Program-made: the position numbers and the translations under genes
The notes under the pieces: model-generated
Databases searched by the model: none
Told to the model about the DNA's origin: nothing
Seen by the model: only the letters and a program-made list of their open reading frames with translations
Source of the DNA: Planctomycetota bacterium
Lineage (GTDB): Bacteria; Planctomycetota; Phycisphaerae; Phycisphaerales; UBA1924
DNA: 64,000 nucleotides
Assembly (NCBI GenBank): GCA_039033175.1
Contig: JBCCDD010000007.1
Location: forward strand, 59,817-123,816
Direction: 5' to 3'
Shown here: positions 31,172-41,652 of the stretch, piece by piece
How positions within the stretch are numbered: the first letter of the stretch is position 1
Layout of the letters: the number at the start of each line of letters is the position of its first letter

Positions 31172-32830
31172 ATGTCGCTGATGGTGATTCTCGTTGGTCT
31201 GGTCGTCGCGGTTGCCGTGGTGGCGATGGCGGTGCAGACCAAGTCCAAGTCTCTGATCGCCGGCGGCGTGGTGACGGGCCTGCTCGTCCTCGTCATCGCC
31301 TTTGCGCTCGCGAGTGTGCGGTTCGTCGGCTCCGACGGGGTCGGCATCGTGACCAAGAACGCGCTGGGCCCCGGACTGAGCGGCGGGCGGATCATCGCGA
31401 CCGAGGGCGAGATGGGCGTGCAGGCGGAGGTCTTACCCCCCGGGTGGCATATGGGCTACTGGCCCATCATCTTTGATGTCGACACGGTCTCGCTGATCGA
31501 GATCCCCTCGGGGCAGGTGGGCCTGGTCGAGTCGCGCGACGGGCTGCCGCTGGACGAGGGCCAGCTCTTTGCGCCCGAGGTCGCGCCCGATCAGTTCAAG
31601 CGGATGGTCGAGGACGCACGCTTCTTCCTGACCGAGGCCGGCGGTCGCAAGGGCCCGCAGTCCAACGTGCTTACACCGGGCAAGTACCGCGTCAACACGC
31701 GACTGTTCGCCGTCGAGATGGTCGCTTCGACCGACGTGCGCCCGGCGACGGTCGCGGTGCTCAAGAGCAACTTCGGGGGCTCGCCCTCGCTCGAGCGCGT
31801 CGTGGTCGACGACGCCGAGCCGGTGCTGCTCGCCAAGCCCGGCGAGAAGGGCGTGCTCGCGGCGCCGCTGCCCCCGGGCAAATACCCGGTCAACACCAGC
31901 GCGTTCAGCGTCAGCAGCGTGAGCACGAGCGAGACGATCGTGCGCTTCACTGCCGCGAGCGCCGGGGGCGACGGCGAACAACGCGAGATCAACGTGCGCA
32001 CGAGCGACGGGTTTACCTTCCCGGTCGACGTCCGCATCGAGTACCGCATCGACCCCGAGAACGCGCCGGTCGTCGTTGCCAAGCTGGGCAGCGACGGGCA
32101 GCCGCTGCTCGCCAAGCTTAACTCGACGGTGCGGGCGATCTTCCGCAACAACGCCGAGAGCGTGAAGGCGCTCGACTACGTCAACCAGCGGAGCCAGCAG
32201 GAGTCGCAGTCGCTCGCGATGATCGGGGCCGAGATGGCCCAAGTCGGCGTGACGATCAGCGGCGTGCGCATCGGCGACGTCGGCGACGTCGCCAGCCTGG
32301 GCGAACTGCTCAAGACCCAGACCGACCGCGAGATCGCGCTGCAGGAGCAGGTCACGTTCCAGGAGCAGCAGCGGGCCGCCGAGCAGGAGAAGGAGCTGAC
32401 GCGGACCCAGCAGGAGGCCGAGGAGGAGCGTCGACTCGCGACCGCGCGGTACGAAGTGCAGATCGCCGAGCAGGCCCAGCAGCAGCGGATCATCCAGGCC
32501 GAGGCGGAGGCCGAGGCGATCCGCATCGAGGCCGAGGCGAGGGCCAAGGCGTACGAGCTGGTCGCCGGGCAGATCGGCCCGGGCAACGCGGCCCTGGTCG
32601 AGCTGCTGCGCGTGGTCGGTGAGAACCAGATCAACATCACCCAGCGGGTGATGGTCAGCGGCGCCGCGGGCGGGGTGAACCAGGCGCCGGGCGTGCAGGC
32701 CGCGGGCCCGGCGAGCCCCGAGACGGTCGCGCTGATCGGCACGATGCTCGACACCATGATCGACAGGACGCCCGAGCCGCAGCGCCGGACGACGGCCGCG
32801 TCAACCACGACATCCGGCGACGGATCCTGA
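31172..32830 (+). CDS. Flotillin-like SPFH/band-7 membrane protein (YqiK/FloT-like)
   Basis: N-terminal [23 protein letters not shown], an SPFH core, and a C-terminal Glu/Ala-rich coiled coil ([22 protein letters not shown]). Confidence 0.8.
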   Translation: MSLMVILVGLVVAVAVVAMAVQTKSKSLIAGGVVTGLLVLVIAFALASVRFVGSDGVGIVTKNALGPGLSGGRIIATEGEMGVQAEVLPPGWHMGYWPIIFDVDTVSLIEIPSGQVGLVESRDGLPLDEGQLFAPEVAPDQFKRMVEDARFFLTEAGGRKGPQSNVLTPGKYRVNTRLFAVEMVASTDVRPATVAVLKSNFGGSPSLERVVVDDAEPVLLAKPGEKGVLAAPLPPGKYPVNTSAFSVSSVSTSETIVRFTAASAGGDGEQREINVRTSDGFTFPVDVRIEYRIDPENAPVVVAKLGSDGQPLLAKLNSTVRAIFRNNAESVKALDYVNQRSQQESQSLAMIGAEMAQVGVTISGVRIGDVGDVASLGELLKTQTDREIALQEQVTFQEQQRAAEQEKELTRTQQEAEEERRLATARYEVQIAEQAQQQRIIQAEAEAEAIRIEAEARAKAYELVAGQIGPGNAALVELLRVVGENQINITQRVMVSGAAGGVNQAPGVQAAGPASPETVALIGTMLDTMIDRTPEPQRRTTAASTTTSGDGS

Positions 32831-32848
32831 CCGCTCGGCGGGCGCGGC

Positions 32849-33772
<924 letters not shown>

Positions 33773-33790
33773 GCTCGCTGCCCTCCCTCA

Positions 33791-33845
33791 GGGCTGATCC
33801 CGGGCTGATCCAGTGGTGATCCAGGGGTGATCCGGGGGTGACCTC
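33791..33845. repeat. Five tandem 11-nt repeats with core GGTGATCC in the 5' region of the DUF1559 gene / rlmN upstream region
   Basis: gggctgatccc gggctgatcca gtggtgatcca ggggtgatccg ggggtgacctc. The period is 11 nt, about one helical turn. Confidence 0.7.
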
Positions 33846-33979
33846 GGGCGGAATCGCCCGGCACCCAAGCGTAACTGTTACTGCCTGCCCACACCAGACC
33901 CACCCCTCCGTTCTTGGCCCGCGGCGGGCCCCCAGGCCCCCTGCCGGGCCCGGCAGCGGCGGGCGTAACATCGCCCGCG

Positions 33980-35200
33980 ATGCCGAGCCCCCCCGCCCAG
34001 TCCGTCCTGAGCCCCCTCGGGCTGACCCACGCGGGCTTTGTCGACGCCTGCCGAGCCGCGGGCCACCGACCCGGGCGGGCCGGCGAGGCGTACGCGGCGT
34101 TCTACCGCGAGGGCATTGCCAGAGCGCCGGCGACCGAGGCCGGGCTCGCCCCGATCGTCGCCCGACTCGAAGAGCCGGGCGAGCACGGCGTGACGACCAA
34201 GTTCTGCCAACGCCTCGACGACGCGAACCGCGCGGACGCCCTGGCGGACACCCCAACCCGTTCGGGCCCCGCGCCCCGCGCGGCCGACCGCCTGCCCCTG
34301 GGCGTGCTCCAGCACGACGAGCGCGTGCGCCACCTCGACGTCGAGAGCGTGGTCATCCCGATGGTCGGCAGCACCGGGCGGGTCTCGCACACGCTGTGCG
34401 TCTCGAGCCAGGTGGGGTGCGCGATGGGGTGCCGCTTCTGCGAGACGGCCCAGATGGGCCTGATCCGCAGCCTGACGCCCGGCGAGATCGTCGGGCAGTG
34501 GTACGCCGCGACGCACGCCCTCGGCGACAGCGAGCGCCGCTCGATCGACAACATCGTCTTCATGGGCATGGGCGAGCCGCTGGACAACCTCGACAGCGTG
34601 CTGCGCGCGATCGAAGTGCTGACCGGGCACATGGGCCCCTCGGTCCCGATGAGCAACATCACCATCTCGACCGTCGGGCGCGTCGACGGGCTGCGCCGGC
34701 TCGTCGACGTCGTCGCGCAGCCCGGCTGGCGCCGGCTGGGCCTGGCGCTGAGCGTCAACGCACCAAACGACGAGGTGCGCAGCGACATCATGCCGCTGAA
34801 CCAACGCTGGGGCATGGGCGAGCTGCGCGAGGTCATGCAGGATCTCGTGCGCGTGCGCGGCTCGCGCAAGCTGCTGTTCGAGTACGTCCTGATCCCCGGC
34901 GTCAACGATGAAGAACGCCACGCGCGCGAGATCGCTCAGTGGCTCCAGCCCTTCGTGCGCACGGCGGAGCGCGGGCACATCGGGATGCTCAACGTCATCC
35001 CCTACAACCCGCGGCGCGATTCGCCCTGGCCCGCGCCGAGCGAGGAGAGCGTTGACGCGTTCTGCCGCTGGGTGGGCGAGCACGGGGTCTTTGTCAAGCG
35101 CCGCAAGACCAAGGGGCGCACGAGCATGGCGGCCTGCGGGCAGCTCGGCACCGCCAGCATCCGCCGGCGCCGGTACATCGGCGCCACGGACGAGGCGTGA
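33980..35200 (+). CDS. rlmN: 23S rRNA (adenine2503-C2)-methyltransferase, radical SAM
   Basis: CVSSQVGCAMGCRFCETAQ (CxxxCxxC) and the C-terminal Cys region. Start could be the upstream GTG/ATG at 33914. Confidence 0.88.
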   Translation: MPSPPAQSVLSPLGLTHAGFVDACRAAGHRPGRAGEAYAAFYREGIARAPATEAGLAPIVARLEEPGEHGVTTKFCQRLDDANRADALADTPTRSGPAPRAADRLPLGVLQHDERVRHLDVESVVIPMVGSTGRVSHTLCVSSQVGCAMGCRFCETAQMGLIRSLTPGEIVGQWYAATHALGDSERRSIDNIVFMGMGEPLDNLDSVLRAIEVLTGHMGPSVPMSNITISTVGRVDGLRRLVDVVAQPGWRRLGLALSVNAPNDEVRSDIMPLNQRWGMGELREVMQDLVRVRGSRKLLFEYVLIPGVNDEERHAREIAQWLQPFVRTAERGHIGMLNVIPYNPRRDSPWPAPSEESVDAFCRWVGEHGVFVKRRKTKGRTSMAACGQLGTASIRRRRYIGATDEA

Positions 35201-37701
35201 GACGCCCGGCGCGGTTCGCCGCGATCGGGGTGCCCGCGACCATCTACGCGGTTTTTCTGCTGGGCTCGTGGCTGCTGGGCGCCACGCCGGTGCTGCCGGA
35301 TGATGCCCCAGATGCCCATCGCATCGGTGTGCGCGTTCCGGCGTTTGATCGCGCCGGACCCGCGCGCGACGACCCCGGTGCTTCGGGCACGTTCGTCCAC
35401 CTGATCGACGCGCCCGGACGCCCCGGCGCAGAAGATCACGGTCGCCCGCCGATCGTGCTGCTGCACGGCTCGCCCGGCGACGCGAGCAACTTCGAGCTGG
35501 TCCAGCCTTTGCTCACCAGCGTGGGCCGCCGATCGATCGCGATCACGCTGCCGGGCTACGGGCGCAGCGACCTGCGGCTACCCGATGCCTCGTGCGTCGC
35601 GCACGCGCGCACGGTGCTCGCGGTGCTCGAGCGCATGGGCATCGGGCGCGCGCACGTGCTCGGCTGGTCCAACGGCGGCGGGGTGGCGATCCACATGGCG
35701 GCGCTCAGCGAGGGCGACGATCAGCAGCCTCGCATCGCGTCGATCACGCTCTTGGGCTCGATCGGCGCGCAGGCGACCGAGGGCTCGGGGAGTTACGCCT
35801 TCGAGCACGCCAAGTACGCGCTCGGGCTGGCGGCGCTGGGGCCGGGCGTCGAGCTGCTGCCCCACTACGGCCGCCTGCCGGCACGGGAGGCGCGCACGGG
35901 TTGGCTGCGTCACTTCTGGGAGACCGATCAGCGGCTGATGACCGAGACGATGCGGGGCGTGCGCACACCGACGCTCATCCTGCACGGGCGCTCCGATTTT
36001 CTGGTCGCCGACTGGGCCGCCGAGCATCACCACGACCTGATGCCGGCGAGCCGGCTGATCATGTACGGCGGCGACCACTTCACGCCCTTTGTCGATCCGG
36101 CGGAGATCACGCTCCACACGCTGCCGTTTGTGCGCCGGCATGATGCGCCGGGCGTCGACCCGCGGACCGATGCGCTCGTGCTCGAGCCGCGGGCGCCCAG
36201 GCACGGGCTCGATGCCCTCGTGGAGCGCGCCGGTGCGCACCTGCGGTGGTGGCCCTGGTTCGTCATGGCGGCGCTGGTCGGTGTTGCGGCCCGCCTGCGG
36301 CCCGATCTGGCGACCGTCGGCGCGGGGCTGCTGGTCGCGCGTCTGGATCTTGATATCGGGGTCGCGATCGTTGGCGTGGCCGCCGGGCGGCTGACGATAC
36401 CGCGCCACCCGCTGGATGATCCCGCACCAATCGCACGCGCCGTGCGCGCGGTCGCCTGGAGCGGCGCTTCGATCGCCCTGGCGATGGGCCTCTGGGCGGC
36501 GGCTGATCGGGCACAACTGTCTCGCGGCACCGCCGGGCTGCTGCTCGTCGCGGTCGCGCTCTGGCTCGTGCTCGCGCTGCTCGGGCGGCTCGCCACACGA
36601 TCGGGCAGGCGACGCCTGCGCGTTGTGTGGGTGCGATGCACCAACCACGAGTGGTGGCCCGGATGGGCGCTCTATGCGCCGGTGCTGCCGATCTGGATCG
36701 GGCGCGTCTTCAAGCGCGGCGGCGTGCTCGCGTTCACGGCGGCGAACCCGGGCATCGGCTCGGGCGGCGGGGTGGTGGGTGAACGCAAGCGGAGCCTCAT
36801 CGACCAGCTCGGGCACCGCGCCGAGTTGCTGGCGATGGCGGCGCTCGATGCGGAGCCCGACCTCGACGAGCGTGTGCGAACCGCGGCGACGCTCGTCGCA
36901 TCACGCGAAGACCTCGGCGGGTACCCCGTTGTCGTCAAACCCGACCGCGGATACCGGGGCGCGGCCGTGCGCGTTGCGCAGGACGAGGATGACCTCCGGC
37001 GCTGCCTGCGGGCCCTGCCCGACGACGCGGTGCTTCAGCGGTACCACCCCGGGCCGATCGAGGTGGGCGTGCTCTGGATCAGGCGGCCCGAACGCGTCGC
37101 GGACGAGGGGCAGAGCGACACGCTCGCGGGGCGCATCTTCGCGCTGAACACCAAGGCCTTGCCCGAGGTCGAGGGCGACGGCGCATCGACGCTGCGCGAC
37201 CTGATCGGCGACCACCCGCGGTACCGCGTGCAGGGGCGGGTCTTTGCGTCGCGCCTGCGCGACCGCCTGGGGGAGGTGCCCGAGGCGGGCGAGGCGGTCC
37301 CGCTCGGGCAGGCGGGCAACCACGCGCAGGGCGCACGCTTCGGCGACGGCGCGCACCTGATCACGCCGGAACTCGAGGCGGCGCTCGACGAGATCGCGAG
37401 ATCGTTCGTGGGCGGGTTCGACTTCGGGCGCTTCGACATTCGCGCGGGCAGCATCGACGACCTCAGGCGCGGGCGCGATCTGGCGGTGATCGAGGTCAAC
37501 GGCACGAGCAGCGAGGCGACGAACATCTACGACCCGGAGCGGTCGGCGCTGTGGGCGTGGGGCGTGCTGCGCGCGCAGTGGCGGGCGCTGTACGCCGTGG
37601 CCGACGCGCGGATCGGTCTCGGCGCGAGCCCGATGGCGCTCGGCGCGTTTCTGCGCATGCTGCTGGTCAAGGGTCGCCCGAGCGATCGGTCTTCGGACTG
37701 A
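35197..37701 (+). CDS. Fusion protein: N-terminal membrane-anchored alpha/beta-hydrolase, central polytopic TM region, C-terminal ATP-grasp ligase domain
   Basis: Ser-hydrolase elbow HVLGWSNGGGVA (GxSxG) with a downstream His. Four or five hydrophobic helices at about aa 360-520. ATP-grasp signatures GGYPVVVKPDRGYRGAAVRV and DLAVIEVNGTSS. The GTG start overlaps the rlmN stop (GTGA). Confidence 0.65.
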   Translation: MRRPARFAAIGVPATIYAVFLLGSWLLGATPVLPDDAPDAHRIGVRVPAFDRAGPARDDPGASGTFVHLIDAPGRPGAEDHGRPPIVLLHGSPGDASNFELVQPLLTSVGRRSIAITLPGYGRSDLRLPDASCVAHARTVLAVLERMGIGRAHVLGWSNGGGVAIHMAALSEGDDQQPRIASITLLGSIGAQATEGSGSYAFEHAKYALGLAALGPGVELLPHYGRLPAREARTGWLRHFWETDQRLMTETMRGVRTPTLILHGRSDFLVADWAAEHHHDLMPASRLIMYGGDHFTPFVDPAEITLHTLPFVRRHDAPGVDPRTDALVLEPRAPRHGLDALVERAGAHLRWWPWFVMAALVGVAARLRPDLATVGAGLLVARLDLDIGVAIVGVAAGRLTIPRHPLDDPAPIARAVRAVAWSGASIALAMGLWAAADRAQLSRGTAGLLLVAVALWLVLALLGRLATRSGRRRLRVVWVRCTNHEWWPGWALYAPVLPIWIGRVFKRGGVLAFTAANPGIGSGGGVVGERKRSLIDQLGHRAELLAMAALDAEPDLDERVRTAATLVASREDLGGYPVVVKPDRGYRGAAVRVAQDEDDLRRCLRALPDDAVLQRYHPGPIEVGVLWIRRPERVADEGQSDTLAGRIFALNTKALPEVEGDGASTLRDLIGDHPRYRVQGRVFASRLRDRLGEVPEAGEAVPLGQAGNHAQGARFGDGAHLITPELEAALDEIARSFVGGFDFGRFDIRAGSIDDLRRGRDLAVIEVNGTSSEATNIYDPERSALWAWGVLRAQWRALYAVADARIGLGASPMALGAFLRMLLVKGRPSDRSSD

Positions 37702-37796
37702 TGGGGCGCGCGAGGTGAGGCCCGGGGGGAGAAGCCCCGGGCACGGCGTCGGCCGCGCGCGGGGATGAGTTTGGTCGGACGGTCGTCGGGCTCTGA

Positions 37797-38387
37797 TCAG
37801 CGACGGCGACGCGTCGCGAGCAGGCCGCCGAGCGCGAGGGCGCCCAGGCCCGCGGGCGCGGGAACGACGGCGAAGTAGAGGTTGCTGATCGCGGCAAACT
37901 CGGTGGAGCCGCCGGCGTTGGTCACGGTGATGCTCGCGCCGCCGAAGCCCGCGCCGTCGGCGTAGCCGATGAAGTCGAAGTTGGGCGCCGCGACGCTGTC
38001 TTCGACGTTGAACGCCTCGCCGTTGATCGTCACGGTGAGCCCGTTGCTGACGAAGCTGTTGAGCCAGTCGGCGCCGAAGCCGGTGACGTTCTGGTCGAAG
38101 TCGAAGGTGATCGACTCGAGGTCGCCGCCGACGGTGAACACGAAGTTGCTCGCCCCGTTGATCTCGGCGCCGCCGGTACCCGTGCCGGCGAGGGTGACGG
38201 TGTACCCGTTGAAGAAATCGTTGGCGCCGAGCGCGAGGTCGACCACGCCGTACGACGCGAAGTCGTCGGTGGTGACGGGGTTGCCGGCGGCGGCTTCCCA
38301 GGCGGCGAAATCAGTAAACGCATCGACCGCGCCCGCGGTGGATGCGACAACAGCGACCGCCGAGGCGGCCAGGACACTCTTGATCTG
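37797..38387 (-). CDS. PEP-CTERM-like sorting-domain secreted protein
   Basis: Signal peptide MQIKSVLAASAVAVVASTAGA. C-terminus VVPAPAGLGALALGGLLATRRRR. Confidence 0.7.
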   Translation of the reverse strand, partial: QIKSVLAASAVAVVASTAGAVDAFTDFAAWEAAAGNPVTTDDFASYGVVDLALGANDFFNGYTVTLAGTGTGGAEINGASNFVFTVGGDLESITFDFDQNVTGFGADWLNSFVSNGLTVTINGEAFNVEDSVAAPNFDFIGYADGAGFGGASITVTNAGGSTEFAAISNLYFAVVPAPAGLGALALGGLLATRRRR

Positions 38388-38549
38388 CATGGCTAAAGAC
38401 CTTTCCTTCTCACTCGTTCCCACCCGGGCGGGCTCTCACCCCCGCCCAGGAACCTGTCTCGCGGCGCACGACGACACATCCTGCGCCGGCCTGAGATTAC
38501 CGGAGCGGCGGAGGGCGACCAAGCAACATCTGCTGGAACTCTGGGAAAA

Positions 38550-39278
38550 CTAGGGCTGCAGGCGCGTGGCGGCCCACGGGCCCGGGTCGAAGCTGACGCC
38601 GTCGGCATTGGGGCTCAGTTCGCGGGTCCAGCGGGCGCGATCGTGGACGCGCCCGGTGCCGGCGCACCAGAGCTCGGCGGTGTCGGCCCAGAGGCGGAAG
38701 CCGCCCCAGTGCGGCGGGCGTGGGATGTCGATCTCGGTGCGCTCGCCGGCGTCGAGCTCCATCAGCTGGGTGAGGTCGAGGCCGAGCCGATCGACGGCGG
38801 CGCCGACCTTGGCGATCAGGTCGTCACGCGTGGCGATCGGCTCGCTCTGCTCGCTTGCCCAGGCGCCGACGCGGCTCGTCCAGTGACGCGTGCGGAAATA
38901 GGCGTCGCTCTCGTCGGGCGGGCTCTTGACGATCGGGCCCTCGAGGCGGATCTGGCGGTCGGTGTGGTCCCAGTGCAGGATCGCCGCGGCCCGCGGGTTC
39001 GCGGCGAGCTGGCGCCCCTTGGGCCCGTTGTAGTTGGTGTAAAAGACGACGAAACCCGGGCCCTCGTGCAGGGCCTTGCAGAGCACGATGCGGGCGTGGG
39101 GCGTGCCGCTCGGATCGGCCGTGGCGATGGTCATCGCGTTGGGGTTGGGCTGATCGGCGCGGGCGTGGGCCTCGTCGAACCAGGCACGGATCGTCGGGAA
39201 CGGATCGGCGGGCAGGGGGTCGGGCAGGGTCTCTTCGGTCGACCAGGTCGTGGCGAGGGCGGGGGTTGGGTCTGGCAT
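38550..39278 (-). CDS. pdxH: Pyridoxamine 5'-phosphate oxidase
   Basis: RIVLCKALHEGPGFVVFYTNYNGPKGRQL and the C-terminal ...HWGGFRL... region. Start is the ATG at 39278; the longer ORF is antisense noise. Confidence 0.88.
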   Translation of the reverse strand: MPDPTPALATTWSTEETLPDPLPADPFPTIRAWFDEAHARADQPNPNAMTIATADPSGTPHARIVLCKALHEGPGFVVFYTNYNGPKGRQLAANPRAAAILHWDHTDRQIRLEGPIVKSPPDESDAYFRTRHWTSRVGAWASEQSEPIATRDDLIAKVGAAVDRLGLDLTQLMELDAGERTEIDIPRPPHWGGFRLWADTAELWCAGTGRVHDRARWTRELSPNADGVSFDPGPWAATRLQP

Positions 39279-39307
39279 ATCCGAGGTTATGCGCTCCGCG
39301 ACGCCCT

Positions 39308-39331
39308 CCCGGCGAGATGGAACGTGAACTG
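39308..39331. repeat. Perfect 12-nt direct repeat tggaacgtgaac x2, 77 nt upstream of the dnaB start
   Basis: Read directly, in the pdxH/dnaB divergent intergenic region. Confidence 0.6.
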
Positions 39332-39407
39332 GAACGTGAACAAGCTGTCGACAACGCCAACCGGCCCGCCGGGGCGGGTACTGTGCCCCGGCAGTCACGG
39401 AGGCGGC

Positions 39408-41276
39408 ATGGCAGGCGACGAGATGAGCAGCATGGCGAGCGGGCTCGGCGGCGGGATGGGCGGCGGGATGGGCGAGAGCCAGGGCGAGGGCAAGCCCAGG
39501 CGCGGCAACCGCGGCCCGGTCGTCCGCGTCGACCAGCTCTTCGACCGCGTCCCCCCCCACTCGCTGGATGCCGAGCGGAGCCTGCTGGGCTCGATCCTGC
39601 TGGAGCCTCGGATCCTGACCGAGACGCTGCACCTGGTGAGCAAGCCGGATCAGTTTTACAAGGAAGCACACGGGGCGATCTTCAAAGCGCTGCTCGACAC
39701 GTACGACGCGCATGAATCGGGCGACATCGTGCAGCTCGCCGAGGCGTTGCGCGGGCGGGGCGTGCTCGATCGCGTCGGCGGGAGCGACTACCTCGTGGAG
39801 CTGGCCGAGTGTGTGCCCAGCTCGGTCGCGGCGCCGCACTACGCGCGGATCGTTGCTGATACGGCGCGCCTGCGCCGGCTGATCGAGACCGCGGGCGAGA
39901 TCCTGTACAAGGCGTTCCACGAGGGGATGGCCGGGCCCGACACGGCCCGCACGGTGATCGACCAGGCCGAGCAGGCGGTGTTCAAGATCGCCCAGGAAGA
40001 AGACGCGACCGAGCCGGAGACCCTGCGCGAGCTGCTGCTGGCGGAGATGGAGCGGATCGACCGGGCCGACGGCAAAGCCATCAGCGGCATCGGCACTGGC
40101 TTCCACGACATGGACGAGCTGCTCAGCGGGCTGCAGAAGGGCGAGCTGCTCATCATGGCGGCCCGCCCGTCGATGGGCAAAACCGCCCTCGCGCTGAACA
40201 TCTCCGAACAGATCGCGTTCGGCGGCGTCACGCCCTGGGACCGCTCGGGCAGCAAGCGGCGCGTGCCCGTCGGTGTGTTCAGCCTTGAGATGTCGCGCGG
40301 CTCGCTGGTGCAACGCCTGATCAGCGCGCGATCCGGCGTCGACAGCCACAAGATCCGCACCGGCGCCGTGGGCGAGGACGAGTGGCGCAAGCTGCAAGAG
40401 GCGTGCGACGAGCTGAGCGATGCACCGATCTTCATCGACGACACGCCGGGCATGACGGTTCTGCAACTGCGCGCCCGCGCGCGGCGGATGAAGCACCAGC
40501 ACCACATCGAAGCGATCGTGATCGACTACCTCCAGCTGCTGACCAGCCCGGGCAGCGCGCGGGAGAGCCGCCAGGTGGAGGTGAGCGAGATCAGCCGGAA
40601 CATCAAGGCGCTGGCGCGCCAGCTCGAGGTGCCTGTGGTCTGCCTGGCGCAGCTCAACCGCGGGGCCGAGCAGCGCGAGGGCAACCGCCCGCGGATGAGC
40701 GACCTGCGCGAGTCGGGCTCGATCGAGCAGGACGCCGACGTCGTGATGCTGCTGCACCGCGAGGCGTACTACCACCGGGGCGAGCCGGCGTGGGACCCCG
40801 AGAGCCCCGAGTTCGATCCGGAGAACGAGGACAAGCTCAACGTCGCCGAGGTCATCATCGCCAAGCAGCGCAACGGGCCGACGGGCACCGTCAAGCTCGT
40901 CTGGGACAGCGCGACGACACGCTTTAAGAACCACGACGGGCGCAGCACCGCCAGCGGCTGGGGGCACCGCGACATCACCGCGGGGCCGAGCGTCCGGGCC
41001 GGGGCGCAGGCCGGGGTCGCGGCACCCGCGGACGACATCATGGCGGGCGACGCCTCGGGCGAGATGCCCCCGTTCGGCGATCCCGTCACGCCCATGCCCG
41101 CGCCGGGGTCGGGATCCGGGGGGGGGGCGGAGACCTCGTTCACCGGCTCCGCCTTCGGCAACCGCGAGCCGACGGGCCCGGTCGAGAACCATCGCGACGG
41201 CGGCGGCTCGATGCACAAGGACGAATTCGAGGACTATCAAGACCTCGACAGCGACGACGGCATTGCGCCGTTCTGA
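39408..41276 (+). CDS. dnaB: Replicative DNA helicase with a C-terminal tail of about 130 aa that is Gly/Pro/Asp-rich and looks disordered
   Basis: N-terminal PPHSLDAERSLLGSILL, Walker A GARPSMGKTALAL, and the RecA-like core up to about aa 480. After that the sequence is low-complexity and ends ...DYQDLDSDDGIAPF. Confidence 0.88.
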   Translation: MAGDEMSSMASGLGGGMGGGMGESQGEGKPRRGNRGPVVRVDQLFDRVPPHSLDAERSLLGSILLEPRILTETLHLVSKPDQFYKEAHGAIFKALLDTYDAHESGDIVQLAEALRGRGVLDRVGGSDYLVELAECVPSSVAAPHYARIVADTARLRRLIETAGEILYKAFHEGMAGPDTARTVIDQAEQAVFKIAQEEDATEPETLRELLLAEMERIDRADGKAISGIGTGFHDMDELLSGLQKGELLIMAARPSMGKTALALNISEQIAFGGVTPWDRSGSKRRVPVGVFSLEMSRGSLVQRLISARSGVDSHKIRTGAVGEDEWRKLQEACDELSDAPIFIDDTPGMTVLQLRARARRMKHQHHIEAIVIDYLQLLTSPGSARESRQVEVSEISRNIKALARQLEVPVVCLAQLNRGAEQREGNRPRMSDLRESGSIEQDADVVMLLHREAYYHRGEPAWDPESPEFDPENEDKLNVAEVIIAKQRNGPTGTVKLVWDSATTRFKNHDGRSTASGWGHRDITAGPSVRAGAQAGVAAPADDIMAGDASGEMPPFGDPVTPMPAPGSGSGGGAETSFTGSAFGNREPTGPVENHRDGGGSMHKDEFEDYQDLDSDDGIAPF

Positions 41277-41298
41277 GGGGGACGTTCTCAACCCCCCC
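41277..41298 (+). terminator. GC-only hairpin GGGGG-acgttctcaa-CCCCCCC immediately after the dnaB stop; candidate intrinsic terminator with no U-tract
   Basis: Read directly. Terminators without a U-tract are common in high-GC genomes. Confidence 0.4.
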
Positions 41299-41580
41299 GT
41301 TGACGGCCGCGCAGGGCTGCTCGCAGCGTGACGCGGCATTGCATAGGCACCGGAAACCGGCAAGTTCGCTGGCTTGGCGATCCGGCGCGGGGTATCTTGG
41401 GTCTGCGTTGTCGAAAGGCAACACGCAGAGAGCACCGGGCCGAGGCTGACGGCGTAGACCGGCAGCGCACGACCGGCGGCAAACACGGCGTGAGGCGAGC
41501 GCGAAGCGCCCGCCCGCACACAGCCGCTCGCCCGACCACCACGATCGCGATCGAATCCGTCGCCTCGCGCCGCCGCGTTT

Positions 41581-41597
41581 TCTGTCCACGGGACAGA
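41581..41597. promoter_or_regulatory. Perfect inverted repeat TCTGTCC-acg-GGACAGA about 55 nt upstream of the PEP-CTERM gene at 41653; candidate operator or hairpin
   Basis: Read directly from the sequence. Its function is inferred. Confidence 0.4.
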
Positions 41598-41652
41598 CCG
41601 AGCGGCCCGGGCAGAACGCAGACGATGCGATCCATTTCAGGGAGCACAGACC

